Shown piece after piece: positions 54,663 through 64,000 of a stretch of 64,000 nt of DNA. Each line of letters opens with the position of its first letter. The stretch's first letter is position 1. The stretch lies in the IMG/VR virus record IMGVR_UViG_3300042860_000278; one strand, written 5' to 3'. The notes beneath the pieces were generated by a model. It had not been told where the DNA came from, ran no database searches, and was given only the letters and a program-made list of their open reading frames with translations. The stretch is from an uncultured virus (IMG/VR IMGVR_UViG_3300042860_000278). Lineage: Duplodnaviria; Heunggongvirae; Uroviricota; Caudoviricetes. The position numbers were made by a program, and so were the translations under genes.

Positions 54663-55075
54663 GTTTTAACACTGAAGAATTAGTTGAAGCGTTCATTGCT
54701 ATACGCACTGCGCGTGATGAGTTGAAGAAGAAGTACGAAGCAGACGACGCCGTGTTGGAAGAAGACATGAATAAGATCAAAGTTGAATTGTTGAAGATCT
54801 GCAATACGGTTGGCGCTGACACGATCAAGACTTCTTCTGGAACTGTCATGCGTAAGTTGAACGAACGCTTTTACTGTAGCGATTGGAATGTGTTTGGTAA
54901 GTTCGTTCTTGAGAACAGTGCAGTTGAATTGTTGGAGCGGCGTATACACCAAACTAATTTCAAGCAGTTCATGTCTGAACATGAGGGGGATGGACTGCCA
55001 CCCGGTGTCAACGCGATGCGTGAATTTGATGTCACGATTCGCAAGCCGTCCTCCTCATCCGTTGTTAACAATTAA
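54659..55075 (+). CDS. Conserved replication-module protein
   Basis: Coiled N-terminus, KT..GT, DW, LLE.RI.Q and PPG motifs; ATGA overlap. Confidence 0.7.
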   Translation: MSFNTEELVEAFIAIRTARDELKKKYEADDAVLEEDMNKIKVELLKICNTVGADTIKTSSGTVMRKLNERFYCSDWNVFGKFVLENSAVELLERRIHQTNFKQFMSEHEGDGLPPGVNAMREFDVTIRKPSSSSVVNN

Positions 55076-55088
55076 GGGAAGGTAACCC

Positions 55089-55952
55089 ATGAGCAATGAT
55101 CTGATCCTGAGTATTAAAAATGAACTCGCCGTGCAGGGCGGCGTTGACGCAGACACTCTTGCAGTAGCCGGTGGCGAATCGCAGGAGGGTGCCCTCAAGC
55201 GCATTTCTATTGAGGGTGGTGTATTCCGCAAGATCGTCGGCGGCAAGGAAGTAGGTGCGATTGAAGACCGTCACATGAACGTGATTGTCGTCAAGATGGC
55301 ACACAACCCGAGCCGTATGTACTACAACTCCACTTACAAGAAGGGTGTCAAAACCAACCCGGCTTGTTGGTCAAGCGATAGCAAAACGCCGAACCCGGAA
55401 GTGCCCGAGCCTGTTGCAGCAGACTGCTTCAAGTGTCCCATGAGCGCGAAGGGTTCTAGTTCTACGGGTCAGGGGTCTGCTTGCCGTCTGTCGTGGCGTA
55501 CTGCTGTGGTTCTCCCGAACGATCCTGCCGGTGATGTGATGCAGTTGGTTGTGCCGTCTGCGTCCTGCTTCAACGAAGAAGTGTCTGGCAAGTGGGGCTT
55601 CAAGCCTTACGTCCGTATGCTTGCTAGCAACAACATCAGCGTTGGCCGTGTTATCACAAAGGTGCAGTTCGACACAAACTCTTCCTCGCCGAAGTTGTTG
55701 TTCTCGCCGGTTGGGGCTGTCCCACCCGACATGGTCGATACGATCTCTGAACAGGCGAAGACTCGCGCTGCGGAGATGGCAGTCAAGTTGAACATCATGC
55801 CGAAGAAGAATGAGCAGACAGAGGAAGTTGCTGCTCCTGCTGCGCCAGTCGAGGTCGCTGAGAAGCAACCGAAACTGCGTGAAAAGAAACCCGCTGAAGC
55901 CGTCGCTCAGCCAGATCTGGCTAGCGTGGTGCAGAAGTGGGGCAAGAAGTAA
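55089..55952 (+). CDS. Putative ssDNA-binding/recombination protein with a Cys cluster
   Basis: RIS..GG.FR, R.YY, P.CWS, C..CP...KGS and ACR motifs; low-complexity C-terminal tail. Confidence 0.55.
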   Translation: MSNDLILSIKNELAVQGGVDADTLAVAGGESQEGALKRISIEGGVFRKIVGGKEVGAIEDRHMNVIVVKMAHNPSRMYYNSTYKKGVKTNPACWSSDSKTPNPEVPEPVAADCFKCPMSAKGSSSTGQGSACRLSWRTAVVLPNDPAGDVMQLVVPSASCFNEEVSGKWGFKPYVRMLASNNISVGRVITKVQFDTNSSSPKLLFSPVGAVPPDMVDTISEQAKTRAAEMAVKLNIMPKKNEQTEEVAAPAAPVEVAEKQPKLREKKPAEAVAQPDLASVVQKWGKK

Positions 55953-55961
55953 GGATCGACA

Positions 55962-56276
55962 ATGGCACGACCGTACAGTCAAAAGTTCCTTTTGGATTTG
56001 TATCGCAACAATTCCACCTCACTTGGGGTGAATCTTGCGAGGCTGTGCGTCAACGCTAATCTTCCTGCTACATACGTTGCCGCTGCGTTGGAGACAACGC
56101 GAACGACCGTCTACAGTTGGTTCCGAGGCCAAGGTATACGGGAGGGAAAGCACAACCTGATCAAGACCTTTATTGAACTGGTTGAAGAAGATATGGCTAA
56201 CGGTGTGTTACCGGCGAAGACTGTCCTTGACGCTAAGCGATATATCGAACAGATGATTGGTTCGCCAATCAAGTAA
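55962..56276 (+). CDS. HTH DNA-binding protein
   Basis: VA..L..TR.TVY.WF.G helix-turn-helix pattern. Confidence 0.7.
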   Translation: MARPYSQKFLLDLYRNNSTSLGVNLARLCVNANLPATYVAAALETTRTTVYSWFRGQGIREGKHNLIKTFIELVEEDMANGVLPAKTVLDAKRYIEQMIGSPIK

Positions 56277-56288
56277 TCGTCACCATAT

Positions 56289-56313
56289 GGCGGAGGTAAC
56301 ACTCCGCCTTTCT
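56289..56313 (+). terminator. Hairpin/terminator immediately before the primase start
   Basis: GGCGGAG-GTAACA-CTCCGCC-TTTCT. Confidence 0.55.
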
Positions 56314-56318
56314 CTAAA

Positions 56319-59147
56319 ATGCTAAAACAATTCTACGAGAAAGTCCTGCCTACGGAAGGCGTGTACTGCGTCACGACGATTGACTCAGTATCTAAGCGAG
56401 TTACTAACTCGTTTGCCCCTACGCTTGATGAGATGTTTGAACTGGTCGAGCAAGCGAAGTTAGATCGGCTCAACGTCTTTGTATCACCCAACACATTTAA
56501 AAATTCTAGCCGACGAGCAGAGAACGCGCTGGCAGGCCGTTCACTCTTTATCGATCTGGACGTAGGTGATACCGAGAAGAAGTATTCAAGCAAAGAGGAA
56601 GCGACTGCGGCGCTAGAAGATTTTCTTGCGAAGCACGAACTTCCTCCTCCTGCCATCATCGATACCGGCGGTGGCATCCATGCCTATTGGCCGCTTGATC
56701 GGAACGTACCGATTGCAGAGTGGAAGGTCTACGCCGAGAAGTTTAAGGCATTCTGCCAGACCGATGGACTGAAGATTGATGCTGCCGTCACGGCAGATGC
56801 AGCGCGAATCATGCGTTGCCCAGAAACATTCAACTACAAGTACGATGTTCCACGTGAAACATCCGTGGTCTCGCAAGAGATCTACGAGTACTCGTTTGAT
56901 GTGTTTAAAGAATTCTTGGGGGTAGAAGAAGCAAGTGTCGAAGAAGTCCTAGCCTCTGCCATCAAAGGCTTTGACAAAGACATCTTTGACATAAGCAAGT
57001 TTCAAAACTACGAGTACGAGTTCGACACGGTTGCAATGAAGAGCCTGTCGGACGAGGGCTGCAATCAGATCAAGCACATTCTGGTGAACTCACGCACTAT
57101 CGACGAGCCGCTCTGGAGAGCAGGGCTGTCCGTTGCTATGCGCTGCGTTGATGCCGATCCCGCCATCTATAAGATGTCTGAGGATTACGAGGGCTACGAC
57201 CGCGCCTATACCCAGAAGAAAGCCGAACAAACTTTATCAGCAAAATGGGCTTACACTTGTGAAAGATTTGAATCCCTCAACCCCGGTGGATGCGACGACT
57301 GCCCCTTCAAAGGAAAGATCCCGTCCCCTACTCACATTGGGCGACGCATCAAAGAAGCCTCAACAGATACGCCGGAATCAATTCGGGAGGACGAGGATTC
57401 CGAAGCGGTTTCTGCTTACCAAGCCTACTTAGAGATCTTCAAGCAGAATAAGTTGTATCCATTCATGCGACTGGCGGGCGGTATCTATTATCAACCTCCG
57501 CCGAAGTCCGAGAAGGGAAAGAAGATTGAGCAAGACCCAATCTTGCTAACGAAGTACGACCTGTTCCCAGTCAAGCGAATGTACAGCGAGACAGACGCAT
57601 CATGCTTGGAGATGCGCGTAATTCTTCCACACGATGGCGTTCGTTCGTTCCTCGTGCCCATGAAGACCGTAGCGGCGTCGGACAAACTGCGCGAAGCCAT
57701 GCTGAGTCAAGATGTGGTGTTCGACCCAGAGGTTAGTGCCTTGATTACCAAGTATGTTTTGAAATGGACGGATCACATGGTTAACATCGAAGCAGCCGAG
57801 CAGATGCGTATGCAAATGGGATGGACGGAAGACCGTAAGGGATTCGTCATCGGGCACTCCGAAGTCCGCGAGACAGGTGAGGTTCTCAAGACTGCTACGT
57901 CTCCGCTCGTCCGCTCAATAGCTAAACTTCTTAAAACTGAAGGCAACTTTGACGACTGGAAGAAGGCAGTATCGATCCTCAACGCGCCAAGCATGGAACT
58001 CCATGCCTTTGGCATGCTGACTGGGTTTGGTGCGCCGCTGATGAGCCTGACCTCCACGCCCGGAGCATCGATCTGCTTTACGGGCGGCACGGGCTGCGGC
58101 AAGACGGGTTCGCTTTATGCGGCAATTAGCATATTCGGTGCGCCGCGAGAGTTAGGTTTGATTGACGGAGGTGCAACCGAGAACGGCTTTGTTGCGCGCT
58201 ATCTAAACCTGAAGAACATCCTGCTTGGCCTAGACGAAGTGTCCAACGCCAAGGCAGAGCATCTATCGAAGATCATCCACCAGAACTCGCAGGGTAAGCC
58301 CAAAGTTCGTGTGAGAGCGTCGGTCAATGCCGAGCGCGAAGTACAGCAGAACGCATCCACCATCCTGTTCATGACCTCTAACAAGAACATCAACGACATC
58401 TTGGAGCAGATCAAGGCTAGCCCTGACGGTGAACTGGCACGTGTCGTTCAGTTCCATATTGAGAAGCCGCACCTGCTGCGCGAGAAGCCTGAGTACGGTC
58501 GGCTGATATTTGAAACTCTGCACAAAAACCACGGGCATGCCGGTGTAGAGTTCATTAAGTACTATTACACAGTTGGCGAAGAAGTAGTCCTTGAGAAGAT
58601 CAAACGTTGGGCACAGGAGTACAACAACTATCTGGGCAACGACACTGAGTACCGCTTCTACGAGAACTTGATCTCAGCGACGTTTGCCGGAGCAGAACTT
58701 GCTTGCGAGGCCGGTATCATCAAGTTCGACCTACACCGCATATTCAAGGCAGTGATTCAGGAACTAGCCAACCTCAAGAGCGACAGGAAACTGAACGTTA
58801 CGGATTACCGCGACATCCTGAACGTGTTCATCAACCGCAACATCAGCGGCTTCCTGATCATGAATGACAACAAGGTGGTGACCGAGCCACGAGGTCCGTT
58901 GATTGGCCGTAGCGAGATTCATAACCAGATGCGTTATGTATCCAAAACTGCACTGCGAAAATACCTAGCAGAAATACAGGTCGGTTCTACCCAGTTTGAG
59001 ACTGCGCTGAAGGCAGATGGATTGCTGACTTTCTCTGGCAAGAAGCGGCTTGGTACGGGTTGGCCGAGCGGCGCGGACATCGGGCCGGTTGCCGTCTATG
59101 GGTTCCAGAGCGAGATTCCAGAGGAAATGATTGACAACTCCCCCTGA
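56319..59147 (+). CDS. Primase (RepB/AEP-like N-terminus) fused to DUF927 and P-loop helicase domains
   Basis: FIDLD, TGGG.H.YW, D.ARIMR.P.T.N.K, EPLW, C..F...NP..C..CP, Q.GW, GTGCGKT and LDE motifs. Confidence 0.88.
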   Translation: MLKQFYEKVLPTEGVYCVTTIDSVSKRVTNSFAPTLDEMFELVEQAKLDRLNVFVSPNTFKNSSRRAENALAGRSLFIDLDVGDTEKKYSSKEEATAALEDFLAKHELPPPAIIDTGGGIHAYWPLDRNVPIAEWKVYAEKFKAFCQTDGLKIDAAVTADAARIMRCPETFNYKYDVPRETSVVSQEIYEYSFDVFKEFLGVEEASVEEVLASAIKGFDKDIFDISKFQNYEYEFDTVAMKSLSDEGCNQIKHILVNSRTIDEPLWRAGLSVAMRCVDADPAIYKMSEDYEGYDRAYTQKKAEQTLSAKWAYTCERFESLNPGGCDDCPFKGKIPSPTHIGRRIKEASTDTPESIREDEDSEAVSAYQAYLEIFKQNKLYPFMRLAGGIYYQPPPKSEKGKKIEQDPILLTKYDLFPVKRMYSETDASCLEMRVILPHDGVRSFLVPMKTVAASDKLREAMLSQDVVFDPEVSALITKYVLKWTDHMVNIEAAEQMRMQMGWTEDRKGFVIGHSEVRETGEVLKTATSPLVRSIAKLLKTEGNFDDWKKAVSILNAPSMELHAFGMLTGFGAPLMSLTSTPGASICFTGGTGCGKTGSLYAAISIFGAPRELGLIDGGATENGFVARYLNLKNILLGLDEVSNAKAEHLSKIIHQNSQGKPKVRVRASVNAEREVQQNASTILFMTSNKNINDILEQIKASPDGELARVVQFHIEKPHLLREKPEYGRLIFETLHKNHGHAGVEFIKYYYTVGEEVVLEKIKRWAQEYNNYLGNDTEYRFYENLISATFAGAELACEAGIIKFDLHRIFKAVIQELANLKSDRKLNVTDYRDILNVFINRNISGFLIMNDNKVVTEPRGPLIGRSEIHNQMRYVSKTALRKYLAEIQVGSTQFETALKADGLLTFSGKKRLGTGWPSGADIGPVAVYGFQSEIPEEMIDNSP

Positions 59148-59340
59148 GAACAACGAGCCAGAGTGGCTCCTGCCGTTTGACTTTATGCAGATTGGGGAGA
59201 GTTTCTTCATCCCCACCGTCCAACCTGCCAAGATGCTCTACACCATAGACTCCGCTGCTAAGCGCAGCGGAGTCCGCATCAAGGCGTTCATCACGACCTA
59301 CAAGAACTACATGGGCGTGCGCGTATGGCGCATCAGTTAG
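59131..59340 (+). CDS. Small conserved phage protein, homologue of 894-1094
   Basis: EPEW..PFD.M..GESFFIPT...G.RVWR. Confidence 0.8.
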   Translation: MTTPPENNEPEWLLPFDFMQIGESFFIPTVQPAKMLYTIDSAAKRSGVRIKAFITTYKNYMGVRVWRIS

Positions 59341-62300
59341 AGCTATCTTCTAAGATCTTTTTGTAGTCTTGGTAGTACAGAACCATCTGTAGTTTGTACA
59401 GATTGATGTCTTCGTTAAGGCTCTGCACGATGCGTTTACGCTCTTCCGTCGTGTATGTACCGGCCTGTCCTGCACGGATGCGATTGCTCTCTTCGCGCAG
59501 TTTATCCACCAAGACTTTGTTGTCACGATAGACTTCGATGAGTCCGTCGATGTCCGGGCGCTTCTCTCGGTAGTTAATATTACGGACGTTAGTTGGGTCA
59601 GCGGCTGCAAGAGCGTCGAGTTTCTTCAACTCCCGATCCATGTTCTCAATGTCGTATTTGACCCGCTCGTACTCCTTGGCATCTGGGCTTGGGCGACGCG
59701 CAAAGAAGCCTGACAGGAACACGGTGTCGCGCTTCGGATCAAACTCTTTATCGCCAAGCAACGTCAGGCCAAGGCTGTACGAGTCAGCCACAAGGTTGCC
59801 AAGCCCCATGACAAAGTTACTTACCAAGTAGTGGTAGAACTCAGGCTTGTAATCGATAGCGCCATCGCTCACGCGCTCAAACCATTTGGCAGCGTCGTTG
59901 TATATCTCAGGGATACGCTCAACATCGACGTATGCATCGCCATACTTGTTAGATTGGTCGCGATAAATCTGCTGGCCCAGAGTGTTTACGTTGATCAAGT
60001 ACTCAAGGTACGACCGTGGCAGTGACGGGGTGACCGGGTAAATCAATGCAATACCGAGGTTCTTCGGTACGCTCTTCGCACCTTCGGTCGGGTCAAACGG
60101 ATTGAACTTGACCGGCTGAATCGGCATGTACGACTCAGCCACGATCTGCATCATGTTAGAGATGAACTCTTTACCAGTCTGATGCCCTTGTGTGTACGCA
60201 GCTACCTGTGCACCCATCGCTGGGAATGATCCTGCACCAAGTCCCCAAGGAAGCTGGAAGAACTCGTCTTTCTCACCAAGGCCAAAGTAAGACAGCGGGA
60301 TACGGATGCTACGTGCCCAGAGTTCCTTCTTGTCTGTCGCGACCACGTTGCGCTCAAGGTCATCATCCCCTGCCATCGACGCAGCCATCATATAGATGAA
60401 GTAGCCGAGGCCAAGCATAGCCATCGTAGATAGCATGCTGTTGTATCGATCCCGGCGAAGTTGGATCTCTGCTTTACGCAGTGCCATAGGATCTTTCTTA
60501 ATCTTGTCTGGAAGCTGGCCCAGCAGGCGATTCACATCGTAGATAAACATGGGGCGCAGAACTTCCAACGCCCGAACCGAGCCTGTCGAGCCGGGACGGA
60601 AGAAGTAATACAGTTTACTGATGCGGCGCACCTTATCGCCCACCACTTCAAAGTTCTGCATTTCCTTAGTCCACGACGCTGCCGAGACCTGCGCTGCCTC
60701 GTCACTCAGACCGGGGTCTTTGGCAAGAATCTCTTCCTTGCGAATGCGGTAGGCACTGACACGCGCAGTCAATTCAAACATCGACGCCCACGTATCGAAG
60801 AAAGCATCGATAACCTCTTTGCCCATCTTCAGTTTATTGTTGGCGCTAGCAACGTCGTACCGCTCAACCAGATTCTTTAAGCGCGACAGTTTGGTGAACT
60901 GCTGCACGAAGACAGACTCGCCACCGTTCTTCAAGAACTCCCATGCCGGGGCATAGAACCGCTTGTCTTTGGCAGCGAGTTTCTCAATGTCATCAAAGCG
61001 ACCACGGTTGTACAGGTAACTAATACGCCCTGACTTCACTAGGCCAAGCCGTGCTACGTCCGCAGCGACGTTAGCGGTGTACCGCGCCATCTCTTTCGGA
61101 CCAAGCCGCGCAAACACCGCCGAGTAAGTGAACATGTCGCGGATGAAGTTCTTGAAACCGAATGCCAAGTTGTATCGGGTAAAGAACTGCGATATGCCGC
61201 TCGTTACCGTTCCCATCGCATCAATAGCGCGGAGGAAGATATTGTTTGATTCTTCCGGCTCAAACTCACGACGGATAGCGTTGCGCTGATCGCGGTTGGT
61301 TAGCTCCCAAACGTCGATTGATCCGTCTGCGTTGTAGTTAATGAAGATGCGGTTGCCCTGATACTTCAACGGCTCCAAACCTTTGGCACGATCTTCAAAC
61401 TTGATGCGCTCTTTGGCTTTGCCATCAAGGATACCTTGGCTTAGGGCGTTGTGAAGGGCTTGTCTAGAATCCTTCAACCCGACACGCATAGCAGCCCGCG
61501 TAGCTGCGATTTGCGTTGCAAGCAGCGCGTTCTGAGATTCGGACTTCGCACCCTTAAACCCAGCAGCGATCTCGCCCTTGTACTCAGCAGAGTAGCGGGG
61601 ACTAGAGAACTCCAACGTGTCATCTTCTTCAGATACTTTCTGCTGTGCCTTACCAGTCAAAGGCACGTAGTTCTTCCAACCATAGAACTGCTTGATGTTC
61701 GACACACCCTGCGTCCAGTAGTTGGCTTCTTCGTCGAGTTTGACAGTCTCTTCCTGTACGTCGCGCACAGCATTGATGATCTCGTCAAACTCAGCCTTGT
61801 TCGGGTCAGAGTTGTACTCTTGGATAAGATCGTCAATCTCCTTCTGGTAGTACGTGCCAAGCACGTTGTACTCAGGGTCTTCGATGCGGATCGACCGAGT
61901 ACCGGGCTTCTTCTTTTCAGCCCCCTCCATCATGTCGGCAAGGCTAGAACCGTTCACATCAAGGCGGTTATTCGGATCATTTCTGTCCGTTAACTGCATT
62001 AATTGATCACGGTAATTATCGATGATCTTGTACCAAGCTTGACGCTGGGCATCATTCTGAAACTTTAAATTGGTGTGCAGCAGCGTCCAGATATACTCAC
62101 GCAGCTTAGCGGCACTTACTTGTTCGGTCGTGCCATCTGGCTTGGTGATTTGGAAGTCTTTCTTGGTGTTATCAAGCGGCGCAAACAACATGAACTTGGT
62201 GCGGCGACGCTCACCAATGTGCAACGCCTTTAGCGTCTTATCCAACTTCGCCAACACTTTCTTGTATGGCAGTTTTGATTTCTTGCCATAAGCCTTGGCA

Positions 62301-64000
62301 GCGACTTCGATAGCCTCAAAGCGCGGCATGATGCGGGACACCATGATGCCCTTGGTCAAGCCAGTCGAGACAACCATCCGGTCATAGAAGTTATTAAAGC
62401 CGAGTGCGCCCACGTTTTCACGCAGCAACCGGCTAGTCATTTCCAAGCCGTTCTGAATGTCTTTCAAAACGTACCGGTAGTTCTGCAAATCGCGCGCAGC
62501 TTTGAGATACGGCGTCCCGGTTAAGAATTCTTTAGCACGTTTCAATAAGCCCTGTCTGCCACCAGCCACAGAGTCGAGTTCATCGACACTCTCTTGGTAC
62601 ATTTCCTCTGTGGTGCGTACCTTGGCAGGAGGTGCTTTAAACTTCTTCGCGCCACGCTGAATCAAACGTCCAACATCAACTCGACCCATAGCAATCATCT
62701 TGCTTGGGGTACGGCGCAATTCAATGACAGCATCCGCAGTGTTTGCCATCTTTTCAGTGACGCTTAGAATTTGATTCAAAGCACTGTCTGCATCGGACTT
62801 GAAGCCAAGCAGATTTGAGACCGTGTTAACGAACTTGCTCCACGCAGAGCGTTCGCGGCGATACGGAATCAAACGGAGCAACGCTTGTACTGAGGGATCA
62901 GTCAACGCCCACGTATAGATTTCATCAATCTCATAGGTGAGCCGACCATTTCGGTCACGCTTCAATATGTTCAGCGACATCATGTCCTGAACCAAGGCTC
63001 GCATTTGATTGTTCTTGGGTAGGTTATTAGCGAGGTGCTTTAACTGCCTACCAATGTAATCACCTACTTCCTCGTACTCATCAACTGCATCGGTCAGATC
63101 GTTCTTAGTTCCAATAGCCTTTGCAGCGCGTCCAAGCTGGACGAGAGGCAACATGACGGCATGAACTATTTCATGCAACAAGGTTTTGTAATCGGCGTAA
63201 CTACTGCCAATCTCAACCTCAACACCCATGTTCAACACACCGGGCTGTCGATCTGGGTCTGCTTGCGTATAGAGCGTAGCGCGTCCTTGTGCGCCGCCCG
63301 GTAGTGACTTGACGACGCGAACCGGGAAGTCTTTCACAAGACCAGACGACACCAAGTAATCCAACACCCGCAGGAGTTGGTCAGCAACCATTCTGTAGGA
63401 TGGGCTGTCCGACGTTTTAACTACGAGGTTTAGTACCTGTACGAGTGACTTGCCATTGATCGCGTTGATCAGGGCGTCGTCGCTGAGTTCCTTACTTGTC
63501 TGCTCTGGAGTCTCTTCCAAGGCAGCGGTTGTCTGCTCAGGCGTAGCAGAGGCTTCCGACAACATGCCCGGAGTTAACTGCTCACGTTTACCTGTAACAC
63601 GCGCTTCGCGCTCAACAGACGGAGGAGCCTCGCCACCTATCTCTTTAGGTGCGCCTTCTTCCTGCGCTGCCTTAACACCGGTAGTCGCTGCGGCTTGCTT
63701 AGTGACCTTCTCAAACTGCTTGGCTTGCTTAGAAACTGCGGCGCGTTCCTTCTTTTTACCAACGCGCTCCTCAACTTCATCAGGCAGTTCGACCTTCTCT
63801 TCAACGATTGGCTTCGCCGTACCAGCCTGTATCTGTTGATAACGCTGAGCCGCTGCATTGACGATCTTAGAAGTTTCAGTCAGGTCAGGCGGGGTGACAG
63901 GATTACCCGCATCATCAACCGGGTTGGCAGCAAGATTGATGTCCGCAACAACTCGGTTGTAATCAGGCGTGGAGATTGCCCCTGCTCGGAGCAACGCTTG
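59333..64000 (-). CDS. Giant virion/ejection protein (N-terminus beyond the window), diverged homologue of 1087-7089
   Basis: Frame is open to the window end; HEIVH at 63161-63175; shared YGW..YVPL.GK, TRY...F...FIR, KELW.R..RIPL and FQ.PWG.G motifs. Confidence 0.8.
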   Translation of the reverse strand, partial: QALLRAGAISTPDYNRVVADINLAANPVDDAGNPVTPPDLTETSKIVNAAAQRYQQIQAGTAKPIVEEKVELPDEVEERVGKKKERAAVSKQAKQFEKVTKQAAATTGVKAAQEEGAPKEIGGEAPPSVEREARVTGKREQLTPGMLSEASATPEQTTAALEETPEQTSKELSDDALINAINGKSLVQVLNLVVKTSDSPSYRMVADQLLRVLDYLVSSGLVKDFPVRVVKSLPGGAQGRATLYTQADPDRQPGVLNMGVEVEIGSSYADYKTLLHEIVHAVMLPLVQLGRAAKAIGTKNDLTDAVDEYEEVGDYIGRQLKHLANNLPKNNQMRALVQDMMSLNILKRDRNGRLTYEIDEIYTWALTDPSVQALLRLIPYRRERSAWSKFVNTVSNLLGFKSDADSALNQILSVTEKMANTADAVIELRRTPSKMIAMGRVDVGRLIQRGAKKFKAPPAKVRTTEEMYQESVDELDSVAGGRQGLLKRAKEFLTGTPYLKAARDLQNYRYVLKDIQNGLEMTSRLLRENVGALGFNNFYDRMVVSTGLTKGIMVSRIMPRFEAIEVAAKAYGKKSKLPYKKVLAKLDKTLKALHIGERRRTKFMLFAPLDNTKKDFQITKPDGTTEQVSAAKLREYIWTLLHTNLKFQNDAQRQAWYKIIDNYRDQLMQLTDRNDPNNRLDVNGSSLADMMEGAEKKKPGTRSIRIEDPEYNVLGTYYQKEIDDLIQEYNSDPNKAEFDEIINAVRDVQEETVKLDEEANYWTQGVSNIKQFYGWKNYVPLTGKAQQKVSEEDDTLEFSSPRYSAEYKGEIAAGFKGAKSESQNALLATQIAATRAAMRVGLKDSRQALHNALSQGILDGKAKERIKFEDRAKGLEPLKYQGNRIFINYNADGSIDVWELTNRDQRNAIRREFEPEESNNIFLRAIDAMGTVTSGISQFFTRYNLAFGFKNFIRDMFTYSAVFARLGPKEMARYTANVAADVARLGLVKSGRISYLYNRGRFDDIEKLAAKDKRFYAPAWEFLKNGGESVFVQQFTKLSRLKNLVERYDVASANNKLKMGKEVIDAFFDTWASMFELTARVSAYRIRKEEILAKDPGLSDEAAQVSAASWTKEMQNFEVVGDKVRRISKLYYFFRPGSTGSVRALEVLRPMFIYDVNRLLGQLPDKIKKDPMALRKAEIQLRRDRYNSMLSTMAMLGLGYFIYMMAASMAGDDDLERNVVATDKKELWARSIRIPLSYFGLGEKDEFFQLPWGLGAGSFPAMGAQVAAYTQGHQTGKEFISNMMQIVAESYMPIQPVKFNPFDPTEGAKSVPKNLGIALIYPVTPSLPRSYLEYLINVNTLGQQIYRDQSNKYGDAYVDVERIPEIYNDAAKWFERVSDGAIDYKPEFYHYLVSNFVMGLGNLVADSYSLGLTLLGDKEFDPKRDTVFLSGFFARRPSPDAKEYERVKYDIENMDRELKKLDALAAADPTNVRNINYREKRPDIDGLIEVYRDNKVLVDKLREESNRIRAGQAGTYTTEERKRIVQSLNEDINLYKLQMVLYYQDYKKILEDSSN

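Noticed and set aside
56319..64000. Terminal direct repeat or circular overlap with the window start
   Set aside because: The homologous proteins are strongly diverged; a terminal redundancy would be near-identical in DNA.
1..64000. Integrase, repressor, reverse transcriptase/DGR, intron/intein, recoded stop codons
   Set aside because: No such motifs were seen; core genes (TerL, PolA, portal, capsid) are uninterrupted in the standard code, and all three stop codons are used.

Overview
The whole window is tailed dsDNA phage (Caudoviricetes) sequence of podovirus-like architecture, with no host genes. A minus-strand late region (1087-36732) carries terminase, portal, GroES-like chaperone, scaffold, major capsid, a cluster of small basic proteins, adaptors, tail fibres, two 2OG-Fe(II) oxygenases, holin and lysozyme, and large putative ejection proteins. 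A divergent plus-strand early/replication region (36988-59340) carries small early genes, an origin-like iteron/IHF locus, a MoxR-type AAA+/vWA pair, glycosyltransferases, VRR-NUC, PolA, a PD-(D/E)XK nuclease, a SNF2 helicase and a DUF927 primase. The primase / small gene / giant virion protein block occurs twice, about 58 kb apart, as clearly diverged homologues, so the window probably joins two related genomes. Top candidate for a new system: a ~150-nt multi-hairpin non-coding RNA (52909-53065). Its 18-nt loop (ACUGAUUCUC) is antisense to a GAGAAUCAGU element at the ribosome-binding sites of about 12 early/middle genes, and nearly all target variants preserve pairing through G-U wobbles. Other notable signals are a hammerhead-like RNA over a capsid-region RBS, a hydrophobic-x-x-GG motif shared by many virion proteins, and a collagen/mucin/Cys-repeat virion protein. 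Family names are from motif recognition by eye; no database search was run.
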